The notes beneath the pieces are model-generated. The model had not been told where the DNA came from, searched no databases, and saw nothing but the letters and a program-made list of their open reading frames with translations. From NCBI GenBank assembly GCA_964188305.1, contig OZ076886.1: a stretch of 64,000 nucleotides of DNA; one strand, given 5' to 3'. Numbering within the stretch: the stretch's first letter is position 1; each line of letters begins with the position of its first letter. This DNA is from Podarcis bocagei. Taxonomy: Eukaryota. Positions 23,796-37,732 of this stretch are shown here, piece by piece. Position numbers and translations under genes: made by a program.

Positions 23796-23896
23796 GGTGT
23801 GGATCATGTGCCTGAAGTGCCCTTGGAGCTAGTAAATCTGTGTTCTAAGAGACTGGAGCAGGAACCGGGTAAAGAGCTCTTTAAGGAATCTACCAA
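23796..23896 (+). CDS. GRK6: GRK6 coding exon 5 (GVDHVPEVPLELVNLCSKRLEQEPGKELFKEST)
   Basis: ttctcag| ... AA|gtgagt; 101 nt. Confidence 0.94.
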
Positions 23897-24914
23897 GTGA
23901 GTGGGGGGATTGGGAGGAATTTGTTTCATGATGTGCAAATTTCCCAGGACAGTAGTCACTGATTATCTAGTAGGGGCTAACTTTGCATACAACCTGTTGC
24001 ATCTGTAAGTGGGTTGTCACCAGCAAGTCTTGGAATTCATTGCTTAAAATTCATGTACTGTTTATTTCCCTGCTGTAGGAGAGCCAGTGGGTGCCATGTT
24101 GCGTATAGGTGGCTTATAAGGCTTAATAAATATTAATATTGGAGTTGCTAGATGGCTTACCCTGCTCTTGATGGTGAATGGAAAAGGAGTCACCCCAGCC
24201 TGTTGTGATGCTCCTTTTGGCTTGTATTCTTTCTCCCTTGGGAACAGTGTACTTTCATTAGAAGTCCCAGGGCATAGTCTGAAGGCACATGATGCAGCAG
24301 CCTTTGCTGAAGCCAGGCAGGTATTATCTGGTCAATACCTAGATGGAAGACTGGCTGCCTGAGAGCCATATGTATACCATCTTGATTTCAGTGGAGGAAA
24401 GGCAGGGTTTAAATAAGTAAGACCTACCTTTAAAGCATCTCTCACTACCTTGGCAGCAAATATCAGACCAGACTTGGATGATTGCAGTTAACATTGTGGT
24501 GGCACTTTGTACTGATGGTAGTGGTGGTGCTTGGAAGCTGTGGCAGTATCAAAAGGAATTTTCTTAAAAGTGAGCCTTGTCTAGAGTTCCCTGTCTTTGT
24601 GTTCTTCATCTTGCTGCATTTGCCCATATAATTCAGATTTCTGGCCCCAGGTCTTGCTGCTGCAGCTGTGCAAAAAGCTCTGGCAGGGACCTACATGGCT
24701 GTGGTGTATGAACAAAGAGCCTCTGATCTGGAGCCCTGCTTTCTCTGGCAGCCTCTGAAAAGGGAAGTAACCATCATATTCCTTCCTATTGCTCTCCAGA
24801 TTGGATAGTATGTTGCCTGAGCCTTCTCAATGTCTGCTGTCTCTGGCAGTCTCCTCGCCTTATGATCCAAGAGCTTGTCAAATCCCTTGAAGCGTCTCAA
24901 GCTTTAAAACTTGA

Positions 24915-25118
<204 letters not shown>

Positions 25119-25472
25119 TAAACCTCCACTTTGCTATGGGGTCAGAGATAGGTGTAGCTTTGCTTTTCAACCTAATACCCTTTTGCACATTGTAAAGAAC
25201 ACATTTCATGCCCTTGATACTTTCACTGATAAGTGAAAGAGAAAATGCTAGTCGGTGACTCCTGGTCATATAGTGAGAACAAATCCTCTTCAAGATCAGC
25301 TTTTGCTTTTCATTTTGTCAGCCTTGAAACTTGCTAACCATGTAGTCTTAATCCATGCTGTATTCTAGTTTGTCAAGCTTGTGTGTATACTATGCCTTGC
25401 ATAAACTGCAGAACAACGGGCTGAATCCCGCACTTTCCATGTGTGAGTGAAACATGTATGCTTGTGTAGTGA

Positions 25473-25862
<390 letters not shown>

Positions 25863-26223
25863 TAAGATGCTGATATCTAGAAATATTAGCTGAATGTTGG
25901 GTGGCATGTTGCTGACTGCTGTGTTAAGTATATTTTAAGCTCCTAAGTTTTACATGCAGCACTTCACAAGCAGGAGAATACTAGGTGTGACTTGGGAGTG
26001 ATTCAACACGACTGAGTCAATCAACCATTCATTTTGGATTTGATTCTGAGCTCTGAGTTTGTCACCTTCTTGTTACAGCAACATGACCGTGAACCAATTT
26101 TTCCAGTGAAAGTTGGGGCTTTCATGGTGTGCCACAATAAACCATTTACTTAATCTCTATGGTACCACATCACTTTTGCTTTCAGTATCTCAAAGTGAGA
26201 GTAATGATTTTGGGATCCAATAA

Positions 26224-26451
<228 letters not shown>

Positions 26452-27604
26452 TAGGAACTGCTTTACTTCTGCACTGAGGCTGAGACAGAACGTGGCCATG
26501 TCTTTGACTCTCTCACCCTGGTGAAGCAATCTTGACTAATTCAGGAGAGGACTGCAATATTTGGAATCTTACCCAGATGGCAAGAAAAGCATAAGGCTCT
26601 TGGACTTACATTTCTAGGCCATAAGCCCGCATTACAGCATTTGCAGACTAGGATCTGGCTGTAAGGAGATCCCTTTAGTAATAACCAGTTCATGCAGGTT
26701 CTTCACTTACCGGGGATGTTGTGGGGAAGATACGGGGAATCATTCTTTTTCATACAATATTATGCAGAAAACTTTCTCTCCCTTTTAAGCTTTAATGCAT
26801 GACCACAAATGTGCCACAGCTGCTTTTCCATGGCTTTGTCTCACACTGCCACTGCAACAGTTGAAAATTATGGTCATGTGAGCAGGGCCAGTTTTGTGGG
26901 CCTTTCCCACTCAGTTGTCTGCCTCTTCTAGCCAGGCAGCTATCAGGAGGGAGGAACCTACACAGTTGGCTTTGCTCACATAATGCTGGACTGTCAAAAT
27001 ATTGCTATTGTATGGCATGAAACAATGGGAAACCCGTCTATGAAAGGATTGTGATGATATAATAAAAGTACATTACTCTGGGGTCTGGCTGGATTTGTCT
27101 GTCTCACTGAAGGGGACGAGAGTAATAAGGGAAGAGTGCTTCATTTAGTGCAACACCCCCCCCCCCAGCCTGGTAGCCTCCATATTTTTTCAATTACAAC
27201 TCCCATCAGCCCTTTGCTAATCAGGAATGCTGGGAATTGTAGCCCAAAATATTTGAAGGTTACTGAGTTGGGGAAGGCTGCTCCAATGGCTGAAAAGTGC
27301 CCTGGCAGGAGTTGTAGCTCTGCCATTCTTTGTTCTCTCCATCTGCAACTCACTATCATGTCGGGTCCCATCGCTATTAACCCTACTCCCTCCATACTTT
27401 TCAGCTCCTCCTCACCTCTTACCCAAAAAGCTTCATGCAAAGTTAACTCTTCCTGTACAAGATACATAAATTATCCTGCATCTTGCTTTGAGCATCTATT
27501 TTGTTGTGTATAGCTGGTGCAGAATTGTGCCAGGTGTGTAGGTGCTATGCTGTGCGAGGCTGCTCTGCTTTTCTAGTGGTTGACTTGGCTTGCTTGTGTT
27601 GTAG

Positions 27605-27796
<192 letters not shown>

Positions 27797-28240
27797 TGAG
27801 AACAGTCTTTTCTCCCAGGTGTAGCTGGGGTTCACACTGGGGTTTTATGTTAACAAGGATTTGTGCAGTATCTTAAGCACTGCTACTATATTGTAAAAGC
27901 AGTTGTTCAGAATTTAGCAAGGAAACCTGTGAGACAGGACTAGTTTCTCAGAACTCACCAGCACAGGTTTTCATTCTCCTTCCAAGCTGAGAATCCAAAA
28001 CATATCAGACTCTCATTAATGCCCAAGTGGAAGAAAGATGGGGACAAATTTGTACTGGGAAAGTGGCCCTGCCTCACAAATTTCCCATATGTGAAAGGTA
28101 TGGCTATATAGTTCATATTTTCCTGTGATATTGGCATCACTAATTCTTGCTTATATGTTTTATGGTGCTTCTCCTCTGCTAGTCCTGGAGAAGCAACCCA
28201 TTGAGGTTTATATCTTACACAATCTATTTTCCTCCATTAG

Positions 28241-28278
28241 GGACCTGAAGCCAGAAAATATATTGTTGGATGACCATG
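28241..28278 (+). CDS. GRK6: GRK6 coding exon 10 (DLKPENILLDDH; catalytic loop)
   Basis: ccattag| ... G|gtgagt; 38 nt. Confidence 0.96.
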
Positions 28279-28403
28279 GTGAGTAAATGTCTATTCTAAA
28301 CACTCTGGCTTCACTGCTATCTGCAGTTTTTATATCAGATTTTGTTCTGGGTTGAGGGAAATCTGCAAACTGCACACTTGCATGACTCACTTTCCTTTGA
28401 TAA

Positions 28404-28523
<120 letters not shown>

Positions 28524-30010
28524 TGACTGGGGTCAACATGGAGACCATGAAGTGCAGCAGCCAAGGACACTGGGTAAAAGCAATATCTTGTCAAAGTTTG
28601 CAGTTCAGAACAATGGTGGGTGCTATTTTAGTATGTTGGAAATCCAGTGAAACTTAAACCCTAGGTTCGACATTCTGGTAAGATATTAGTCTCCCAAGAA
28701 GTTAAATTATCAGTTAAATCTTTAAGTTTGACTCAGAAAGTGCATTTGTCTTCATTGCTGTGTAATCCATTTCTTCTATTCTATACTTCTATTTTGGCAA
28801 TACCTTACTTGATCCTAAGCATTCCTTCTCTTCAATTACATTTGGGCCCTAAGTTTTGTAGGAAATTAGATGGAGGTGAATTAATTCTTTTTACAGTGCT
28901 TATAAAACAAACAAGCTCCTATTGTTTCTGCAAAGCTGTAATTTTGTACTCTTTGGGACTAACATTTTCCTGGTGTCCAAAGAGCAGCAGTCTAGATAAC
29001 AAAATTGTGCAAGAATTGGCACCCCTTTCAAGGTGTCAGAACAAGGATGCTTTAGATTGGGTAGAACTGGCAAAGCAAGCAGAGTTCAGTGGTGCTGTTG
29101 ACTTGTGGTACCATGTTGTGTACAAATTCTTTCCTGTTACTGCAAGCCAAAAACCTGGTGGTGGTTAAAGTACAGTATTGGTATGGTGCCAGTTAGCCTA
29201 CGTTCACTTAATTAGTATATCTTGGTAGATGTTCTACAGACATTGACTCTTCCTTGCATTGTTTGCCTGGAGGGGAAAAAAGGACGGTATTTGAGACATT
29301 GTTGGGCATTGTGGAAGGATGAAGGAAGGAATTAAACATCATGCTCTGTTGAACTTTCCATCTGCACAACCTTTTAAGTTTGCCAGATGGAACAACCTCC
29401 TCTGTTCTGGGGGTTCTCCCATCTCTTCCTCCCACCAAGTTTGAAGAGTGCCTGGGCAGGGACAAAACTAGGCTTTATTTCACCCAGGTCAGAGACCCAG
29501 TTTGGCACACCCACATGCATTTGCACGCACACACACACACACACACTGGAAGCCTCTGGGGGCTTCACCTGGGGCAAAAACCTGGCTAGCCGCCGCCACC
29601 ATGCCATAGCTACGGCTCTGGGGGTTTTTTTGGTGGGGGGAGCACTTTTACCCAGTGGAAGACCTTGCACAGGGCTTCTGCTTATGGGGAATCATTAGGT
29701 GAATCCTGCCAAAGACTAAAGTATATTACAAAGGTGTACATGATGAGATGGCTCCTCTTTGTGGCACATCACTGAACCCTAGCTTGGGGACTATGTTAAG
29801 CATTCCCTTTCCTGCCTGCTGCTGCTTCTTAAAGCAGTTGCAAGTACTGTACTTTACACTGCCACTACATTAAACATGAGATTTGGAATTGCACTTGGCA
29901 ACACAAGCAGAAGTCTGACCAGTTCTATTGAGCTCATAGCTAGCTGCCTGAACATTGGTCCACGTAGCTCAATATTATCTGTCTTGATGGGCAGTGGCTC
30001 ACTAGAGTTA

Positions 30011-30517
30011 CAGTGGTGCCCCGCAAGACGAACGCCTCGGAAGACGAAAAACTCGCTAGACGAAGGAGTTTTTCATTTTCTTAGCCGCTTCGCAAGACGC
30101 ATTTCCCTATGGGCTTGCTTCGCAAAACGAAGCTTGCCCCGCAAGCTCCGGGGATAGCGGGGAAGCGCAGCGTGTCTTCCCCGCTGTCCCCGGACCTCTT
30201 TTGAAGCAAGGGGCGGCGGGGAGAAGATCGCTTCTCCCCGTTGCCAGCCCCTCTCTCCCCGGACCCCTTTTGAACCAAGGGGCGGCAACGGGGAGAAGCG
30301 ATCTTCTCCCCTCCGCCCCTTCCCTTGCTTTAAAACAGGTCCGGGGACAGAGGGGAAGGCGCGCGGCGCTTCCCCTCTGTCCCCGTACGGTCTCCATAGG
30401 AACGCATTGATTGATTTTCAATGCATTCCTATGGGAAACCGTGCTTCGCAAGACGAAAAACTCTCAAGAAGAAAAAACTTGCGGAACGAATTAATTTCGT
30501 CTTGCAAGACACCACTG
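30011..30517. mobile_element. MITE family B, copy 2 (GC-rich hairpin interior)
   Basis: Same TIRs and TA flanks as 13959-14278. Confidence 0.85.
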
Positions 30518-30598
30518 TAGATTTTTCCAGCTGTACTTGGAGATACTAGGATCTGAATCTGGGACCTGTTGTGTGCAAATTGTGTTCGCCTTCACTGA

Positions 30599-30910
<312 letters not shown>

Positions 30911-32335
30911 TAAGCTAGTTACCCTCCTTTTAGCATTTAAAAGGGGTGCCTGCTCACTTCTAAGTGGGCTCTGGGTACGTTGAGAAAGCTGCACCTGCTC
31001 ACTGGAAACTAACTTCAGAGTAGTGCAGTACACCATAACTTTTGTTTTGCTACTAGATCTCATTTTGTGTGTATGACTTCTCCAGAGCCAGGTTCAGCCA
31101 GGAAATCAAGGCAGTGTACCTTTGTGAAATGAACGAAAATTGTAAAAATACTTCTCTTCAGGGCAGTTGTAGCTTGGTAGCAGTTTAGTGTCAGACTCAG
31201 AAAACATCATCTCATCTGTACTCACTAGTTCTTCATTCCTCTTCAATCTGGCTCCTGGAACATTTGTATTTGCAATAAGAGTAGGGTATGGTGCAGTATG
31301 GCCTAGCTGCAACTGTGACATGATCCTAGATCCCTTCCTAGATTACCTACCTACCTACTTGGCATCAAGCAGTTTAACATTTTAAGCTTTTCCTTGTCCC
31401 ATCCTGTTAATTTATTCTCTCAGTTAGCTTATTGGAGCTTAAGCAATTGAAGGAAACCTCAATCATAACCAGTGCAGAGGGTTTCATTCAAGCAGGAGGT
31501 CTCTGAAGTGTCAGTTACCCATTAAATACACATCAATAGTTTCAAAAATCCCTTCTTGTTTTTGAGTAAATGTAAAAAGATTGGTAGAAGAACTAAGGGT
31601 CGGGTATGAAATCATGTGAGTGCTATGTCCCAGTCATCAATCTTGTTGCATGCATAACAGTCTCAGATGTTTGGAAGAATTAGCAAGCCTTATTTACTTC
31701 TTTCCTCCACACTATAACTCACTTTACGTAGCTAAGAGTTTTTGCATCTTGCAAGAGGCTTGAATAAGCAATGGTTGGGAGGGAGGTTGCTTGCTCATGT
31801 AAGAAACTTTTATGTCCTTCAATATGCAGATTGATGTTTAAAATAATCCATGCTTCCTGTGATTATCCAGGATACCCTAGAATGCAGCTATTGGACTAGA
31901 CCCTTCCCCTCCAGCGGCCTTATTTTGTTTATCAGTGTACAAGATACATTCATTCTGTATTGTAATTTCTGTGGATTGTTGTCTTAAAGCCATGGGATTT
32001 CTGACAGGCTAGTGGAAAACGGGGTATAAGTCTCAGAAATAAAGCAACAGGGATCCTTCTTGCTGTTTACTGCCTTTGAAAGGGCTGAGAAACCTGAGCA
32101 AATAAGAGCATAATATTAAAACAAATCCTCACAGATTATTTTGATGTCTTTTTATGTCATATGTGGGGATTTAGAAGGCCATAGTGCAGTCAAGAGCTGA
32201 TATCCTATCAGCTTTTATTAAGTTATTCATAACCAGTAACTTAAGCTGTGTTTCGGGTTCAGTTGAAAAGAACCTCATTCTACCAATAATGGTGCAAGTT
32301 CTGTTCCAGAATATTGTTCAAAAATAACATTTTAA

Positions 32336-32895
<560 letters not shown>

Positions 32896-33065
32896 TGAGT
32901 CATCTGCACTTGCTGGGGGTGGGGTGCAAAGCTGTTCCATAACTGACTGGCTGAGGTATTGTATAAGTAGCTAATTTGGGACAAGTGTCATGGAGACACC
33001 CTGTCGATGAGGACCTGAGCAGGGAAGACCAATAGTGAGCTCGTCATCTTTTTATTCTCCCCTAG

Positions 33066-33515
<450 letters not shown>

Positions 33516-34612
33516 TGAGCAACCCAGGAGAGTGCCTGTACCACTGCCACTTTCCTGGGGTGGTCTTTTAACATCATTTAAAAGTTTAAACGCAGCAGTG
33601 GTATAGGCACTTTCCTATGCCGCCTCTCTCAGTATGTCTTGCTCTGAGGAAGGACCCTCTTGTTTTCCTGCGGCAGAGAGGAGGTGGAGGCATGCTACTG
33701 CTGCTGCTGCATTAGCACCAGCAAAACATTAAAAGAGAGAGAAGAGGAGAAGAGGTGGTGGAGGAGGGGTGAAGGTGTGAGAGGAGAGGGTAGCAGCTTT
33801 CCTCAAATGGTACCATGTTGTATGCCAGTCCTAGCACCACTGATCTTTCTGTATCTATACACCTCAGACCCATTAGCAGGCCAGCTGCTGTAGTGGCATT
33901 TGAGCTCAGCTAGTTCAGTTTACTAACATAAGCTCCATAAACTATCCAGATGTGACTTCCCACTTCCAGAGCAACTTTCTTTCTGAATAACTGGAAGGAC
34001 GTCTTGGGGTTTGGTACCCAAGAGGCCCTAGCTTTGTATGTGTGATACTTAACATAGATTTGTGGGTGGCTGGAAGCATATAATAATTCTTGGCTTTAGA
34101 CAGCCTTGCTCCTTTTGGCCTGGACAAATAGCTGGAAAGCAGTGTAGTCCCCCATGTACCCAAATGCCTCTTGTCATGGCCAGTCTGGCCTGGCTGTTTC
34201 CTATGCCAAAACTTCTAAGACAGCTGTGGGAGAGAAACACTTGATAAAGTGTCATTTGTTCTTCTCAGAAACTAGTCCCTGAACCCCCTTATGTCTTCAT
34301 GATTTAGAAATACAGCTTCTTGCACAGCACATATCTTTGCAGTGCTTTTTGCTTAGAAAAAAGTGTTCGCTCCCAGTGCTAGGAGCCTGACCTTATTGTG
34401 GTGTGGTGTGTGAATGAGAGCCCATTTGAATTGGCATCTTCCCTCCTTTCTGTGGGCTCATCATTTTCCAGTATCCCTCACCTTGGCAATTCCTCTGGGT
34501 CTTGCTCTGGCTGCTCTGTTTGGTGGTAGTTATCCCTGTAGGCCGGGAGAGGCCTTAGGAGAGGGCATGGCTATTTCTGGCCGGGCTCTCACAGCATGTT
34601 TTCTCTTTCCAG

Positions 34613-34618
34613 AGGTGA
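34613..34618 (+). CDS. GRK6: GRK6 isoform C terminal codons (R-stop); first 2 nt double as the isoform B microexon
   Basis: ttttctctttccag|AG|GTGAGC. Read-through gives AGG TGA (SRQR*, 560 aa). Use of the gtgagc donor gives a 2-nt exon. Confidence 0.8.
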   Translation, partial: R

Positions 34619-35586
34619 GCAACCTCTTCTCTGCTGCTCTGCTCAGGAAAATGACTACCTGGTTCCCCAAACTCCCCTGGCGGACATGACAAGACAAGGG
34701 GATGAGGACTCTACCTCTTCAGTGCCTCCCTCTCCTTCCCCCCTCCCCCCTCTCCAAAATACGCTGTTTGTTCATTAATAGTTCTTCAAGCCACTAATCC
34801 TGCTTCCTGCAAAGCACCATGAATGTCTTGCCTTGTTCCCTTGCTATGGAAGCAGCTGGATTATTATTTAAACATCCCTTTTCTCCAGCTCCCATGCCTT
34901 CTTTATGTGGCCTTGCTATTAAGAATGGAAGTTTTCTCTCTCTCCCTCATGTACCCAAGAACCCTGCACACTTTTTGAGAGCTTGCTGATGGTCTAGACA
35001 TGTCCTGCTTTCTACAGTTAGGCCATGCTCCTATCTTATTGCAGTTGTTCCACTGAAGTAATGGTTCATCTTTCTGGGTTTATCTGTTTCCTGCTGTGGT
35101 TTTACTAGGCCTACATAAGACCTCACTATGGTCCTGGGCTCACTAACATAGAATAATTTCCGTTCCTACTTCTGTACTTGGCCATGGCCAAGTACAATTA
35201 GATTCCTCACAGCCCATAAATAGGCATTGAAAGGGTATGGAAAAGGCACAGTCTGGTTGTGAAGAAGGGAGTGTGGTAGGAGGTCCAGCATGATATTCTC
35301 TCTCTCCCTCTCTAGTCCTGCAGGTTGGCTGCCAGAGAGCACTGACTGCAAGCAGCTCCACCATCAGATTTGGTTTTGGTGCTGAGCCCCAAAGTTATTT
35401 TCTAAGCAATGGTTTCTTTTTCTGTGGGGACTGGGAATAGAATCCTGTGGCATGTCTGCGTGTTGAATAATAACTGTACTCACTCTGTGCTTGCTGTGTG
35501 CTCTCCCTTTTCCCCTTGCTTTCCCCCACCCTTCCCTCCTCCTCCTCCTCCTCCTCTTGCCGCCTCCCCCTTCCTTCATTCTCCAG

Positions 35587-35637
35587 GACTGTTGTGGGAA
35601 CTGCAGTGAAAGTGAAGAGGAACCCACTCGCCTATAG
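35587..35637 (+). CDS. GRK6: GRK6 isoform A last coding exon (DCCGNCSESEEEPTRL*)
   Basis: Long pyrimidine tract then ctccag|. Palmitoylation Cys cluster and C-terminal PDZ-type TRL. Total 575 aa. Confidence 0.95.
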   Translation, partial: DCCGNCSESEEEPTRL

Positions 35638-35713
35638 GTCCCGCCAGCCTATTATTTCTATGAGCCTGGCCAAGCAGCGAGCTGACTCAACAAAAGAGAT
35701 GGTACTGGCTTAG
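35587..35713 (+). CDS. GRK6: GRK6 isoform B last coding exon (R-TVVGTAVKVKRNPLAYRSRQPIISMSLAKQRADSTKEMVLA*)
   Basis: Alternative frame reached by adding the 2-nt AG microexon; same frame as ORF track 35498-35713. Total 601 aa. Confidence 0.65.
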
Positions 35714-37192
35714 CACTGGCTTGGCTTACAACCCAGCGCACATGCTAGCTGTATGAGTGTGGGATCATCGTTTCAGGGTGGCAGCAGACTCCACCCTACA
35801 GAGGAAATGCTCCAGGACGGGGGAAAGTAGACACCTCTGCACAGGTCTTCAGTCTACTGCCGAGGGATCATCCTGCCACACCTTTTCCATAGCGGAGAGA
35901 TGATGGCAGGAACTAGTGAAACATTCCAGGGCTGGCCCTGATCCTGGCCTTTGGCCTCCCATCTGCTCACCTGCTGGAGTTTGTTTTATATATTTATATT
36001 GATATATCTATGAATGTATGTATATAGCATATGTACATTTTTAATTGTTGGGGATGGAGGTCCTTCTGTATCTCTCTCTCTTCTTTACTCCAGCGTCCTT
36101 GCTTCACCCTCGTGAACACTGTGCACCAGTAACTTCTAAGAAACAAGTAAGCAGCTCTGTTCCCCAAGCAATGGATCCTTTTAATGTTCCCTGTGGAATA
36201 TCCACCAATCTGTTCTGCTGGTGGAAATGGGTAGAAGGAGAAGCTCAGGAATGGCAGCTGCAGTGCAAGAGCAGCCTCCACTGGCATATCTAGTCTGCAG
36301 GGACACAATTGGGATAACCTGTGTGTGTCCAGGACTTCCCCCAGATGACTTGCTTTGTTCCCATAATGCACAATGAGAGTGATGGAGAGATGCTAAGGCT
36401 TGTAGACATGTCAAGATAATACCTGCAGGTTTTTCTGAGATGACAGGCTGTGGGTTTTTGGTTGGTTGGTTGGTTTTTAACATGGTTAATTGAAGTAAGG
36501 AAGTTTTCAAACACTAGAGTAGCATTACAGTTGACTCTCAGCTTACACAGGGGTTTCATTCCAGGGATAGCGCATAAAGCCAAAATAATGTATAATCAAA
36601 ACAACCCTTTAAAAACAGTAAAAGGCATGTCCTAGCACTCTCCAGCCACCTCTACATTCTATCTGAAGGCTGCACACTCTCTCCCAAGGTTGCTACAGAC
36701 TCTCCCCGCACCTCCAAACAATCTCCCAGGGTGAGTGCAATGGTTGGTGGGATTGCCAATGTTTCCTCTCCACCACCTTCTGACATTTATCCCTGCTGCC
36801 CCCTTTTCTTTGACCAAGCACATAAAGCTGTGATCACACAAGTTAAATGGAAGCTGTTGGCAGCATACTGGTTTCTAGCTTTAATTTCTTTCTTGAAACT
36901 CCAATAAGGCCAGTATGAGTTGACAAGGAAAGCTGGGGAGGGTTTGTCATTTACCTTGGGAACCTATAAAAGTTGAGTCTGTATTTTTATTTATTTTATT
37001 TTCTGGACCACTGTGCCCTATTTTTCTCCCCCAAGAAATGATGTGATTCTGTTGTTTGTCCTAGTAATGTTTTCTAAAGAGTTCACCTGCCAACTGTGCC
37101 AATGTGGGAGCATGCATGGATTCGAGCCTAGAATCTTGAGCCCTCTGCACTTTTTTGAAAGGGTTAAACTTCATGAAAAGTGAGAGGTCTCT

Positions 37193-37198
37193 AATAAA
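37193..37198 (+). terminator. GRK6: candidate GRK6 polyadenylation signal AATAAA
   Basis: AATAAA ~1.55 kb past the isoform A stop, with U-rich flanks. More AATAAA at 38583, 38626 and 38747. Confidence 0.55.
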
Positions 37199-37684
37199 AC
37201 CTCGCGGTGTCTTCATTTTTAATGTAAAGCAGGTGCTAGTTCTCTGAATTTGGAACAGCAGCATTGAAAGTGTAGGGTTTACCCTTTTCCCTTGCACAAT
37301 TTTCCTAATCACATCACACCTCAAAGCTGCTTGTTAGCCTTAGAGTAGAAAAATAGCAGCTTTGTCCAGGTAAAGCTTGGCTCTTTTGGTGAAGAGCTCA
37401 GAAAACATTAGGAGATTCAAGTGTAGATGTTTTCTGTCTGGTGTAGCTAGGCTGAAAGTCCTAGTCATCTTTCTCCATAGGAATCTCTTCTACAGTCTTC
37501 CATGGCTGGGAGCCCAAGGCACCCACAGAGCTGCATTTGTGCCTTCATGAAGCTCTGATAAGTAGACCTATTTATTGCCTGGACTAAAGATTTCCAATCT
37601 CAAATAATTCCCCTTATTCTGTATCTAGTGTGCACTTCTTCAGTCTCCCAGCAGTTATTTCTAACCTGGAGATTGTGGGTGAGT

Positions 37685-37685
<1 letters not shown>

Positions 37686-37730
<45 letters not shown>
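37686..37730. repeat. (GT)n microsatellite
   Basis: About 22 GT units. Confidence 0.95.
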
Positions 37731-37732
<2 letters not shown>

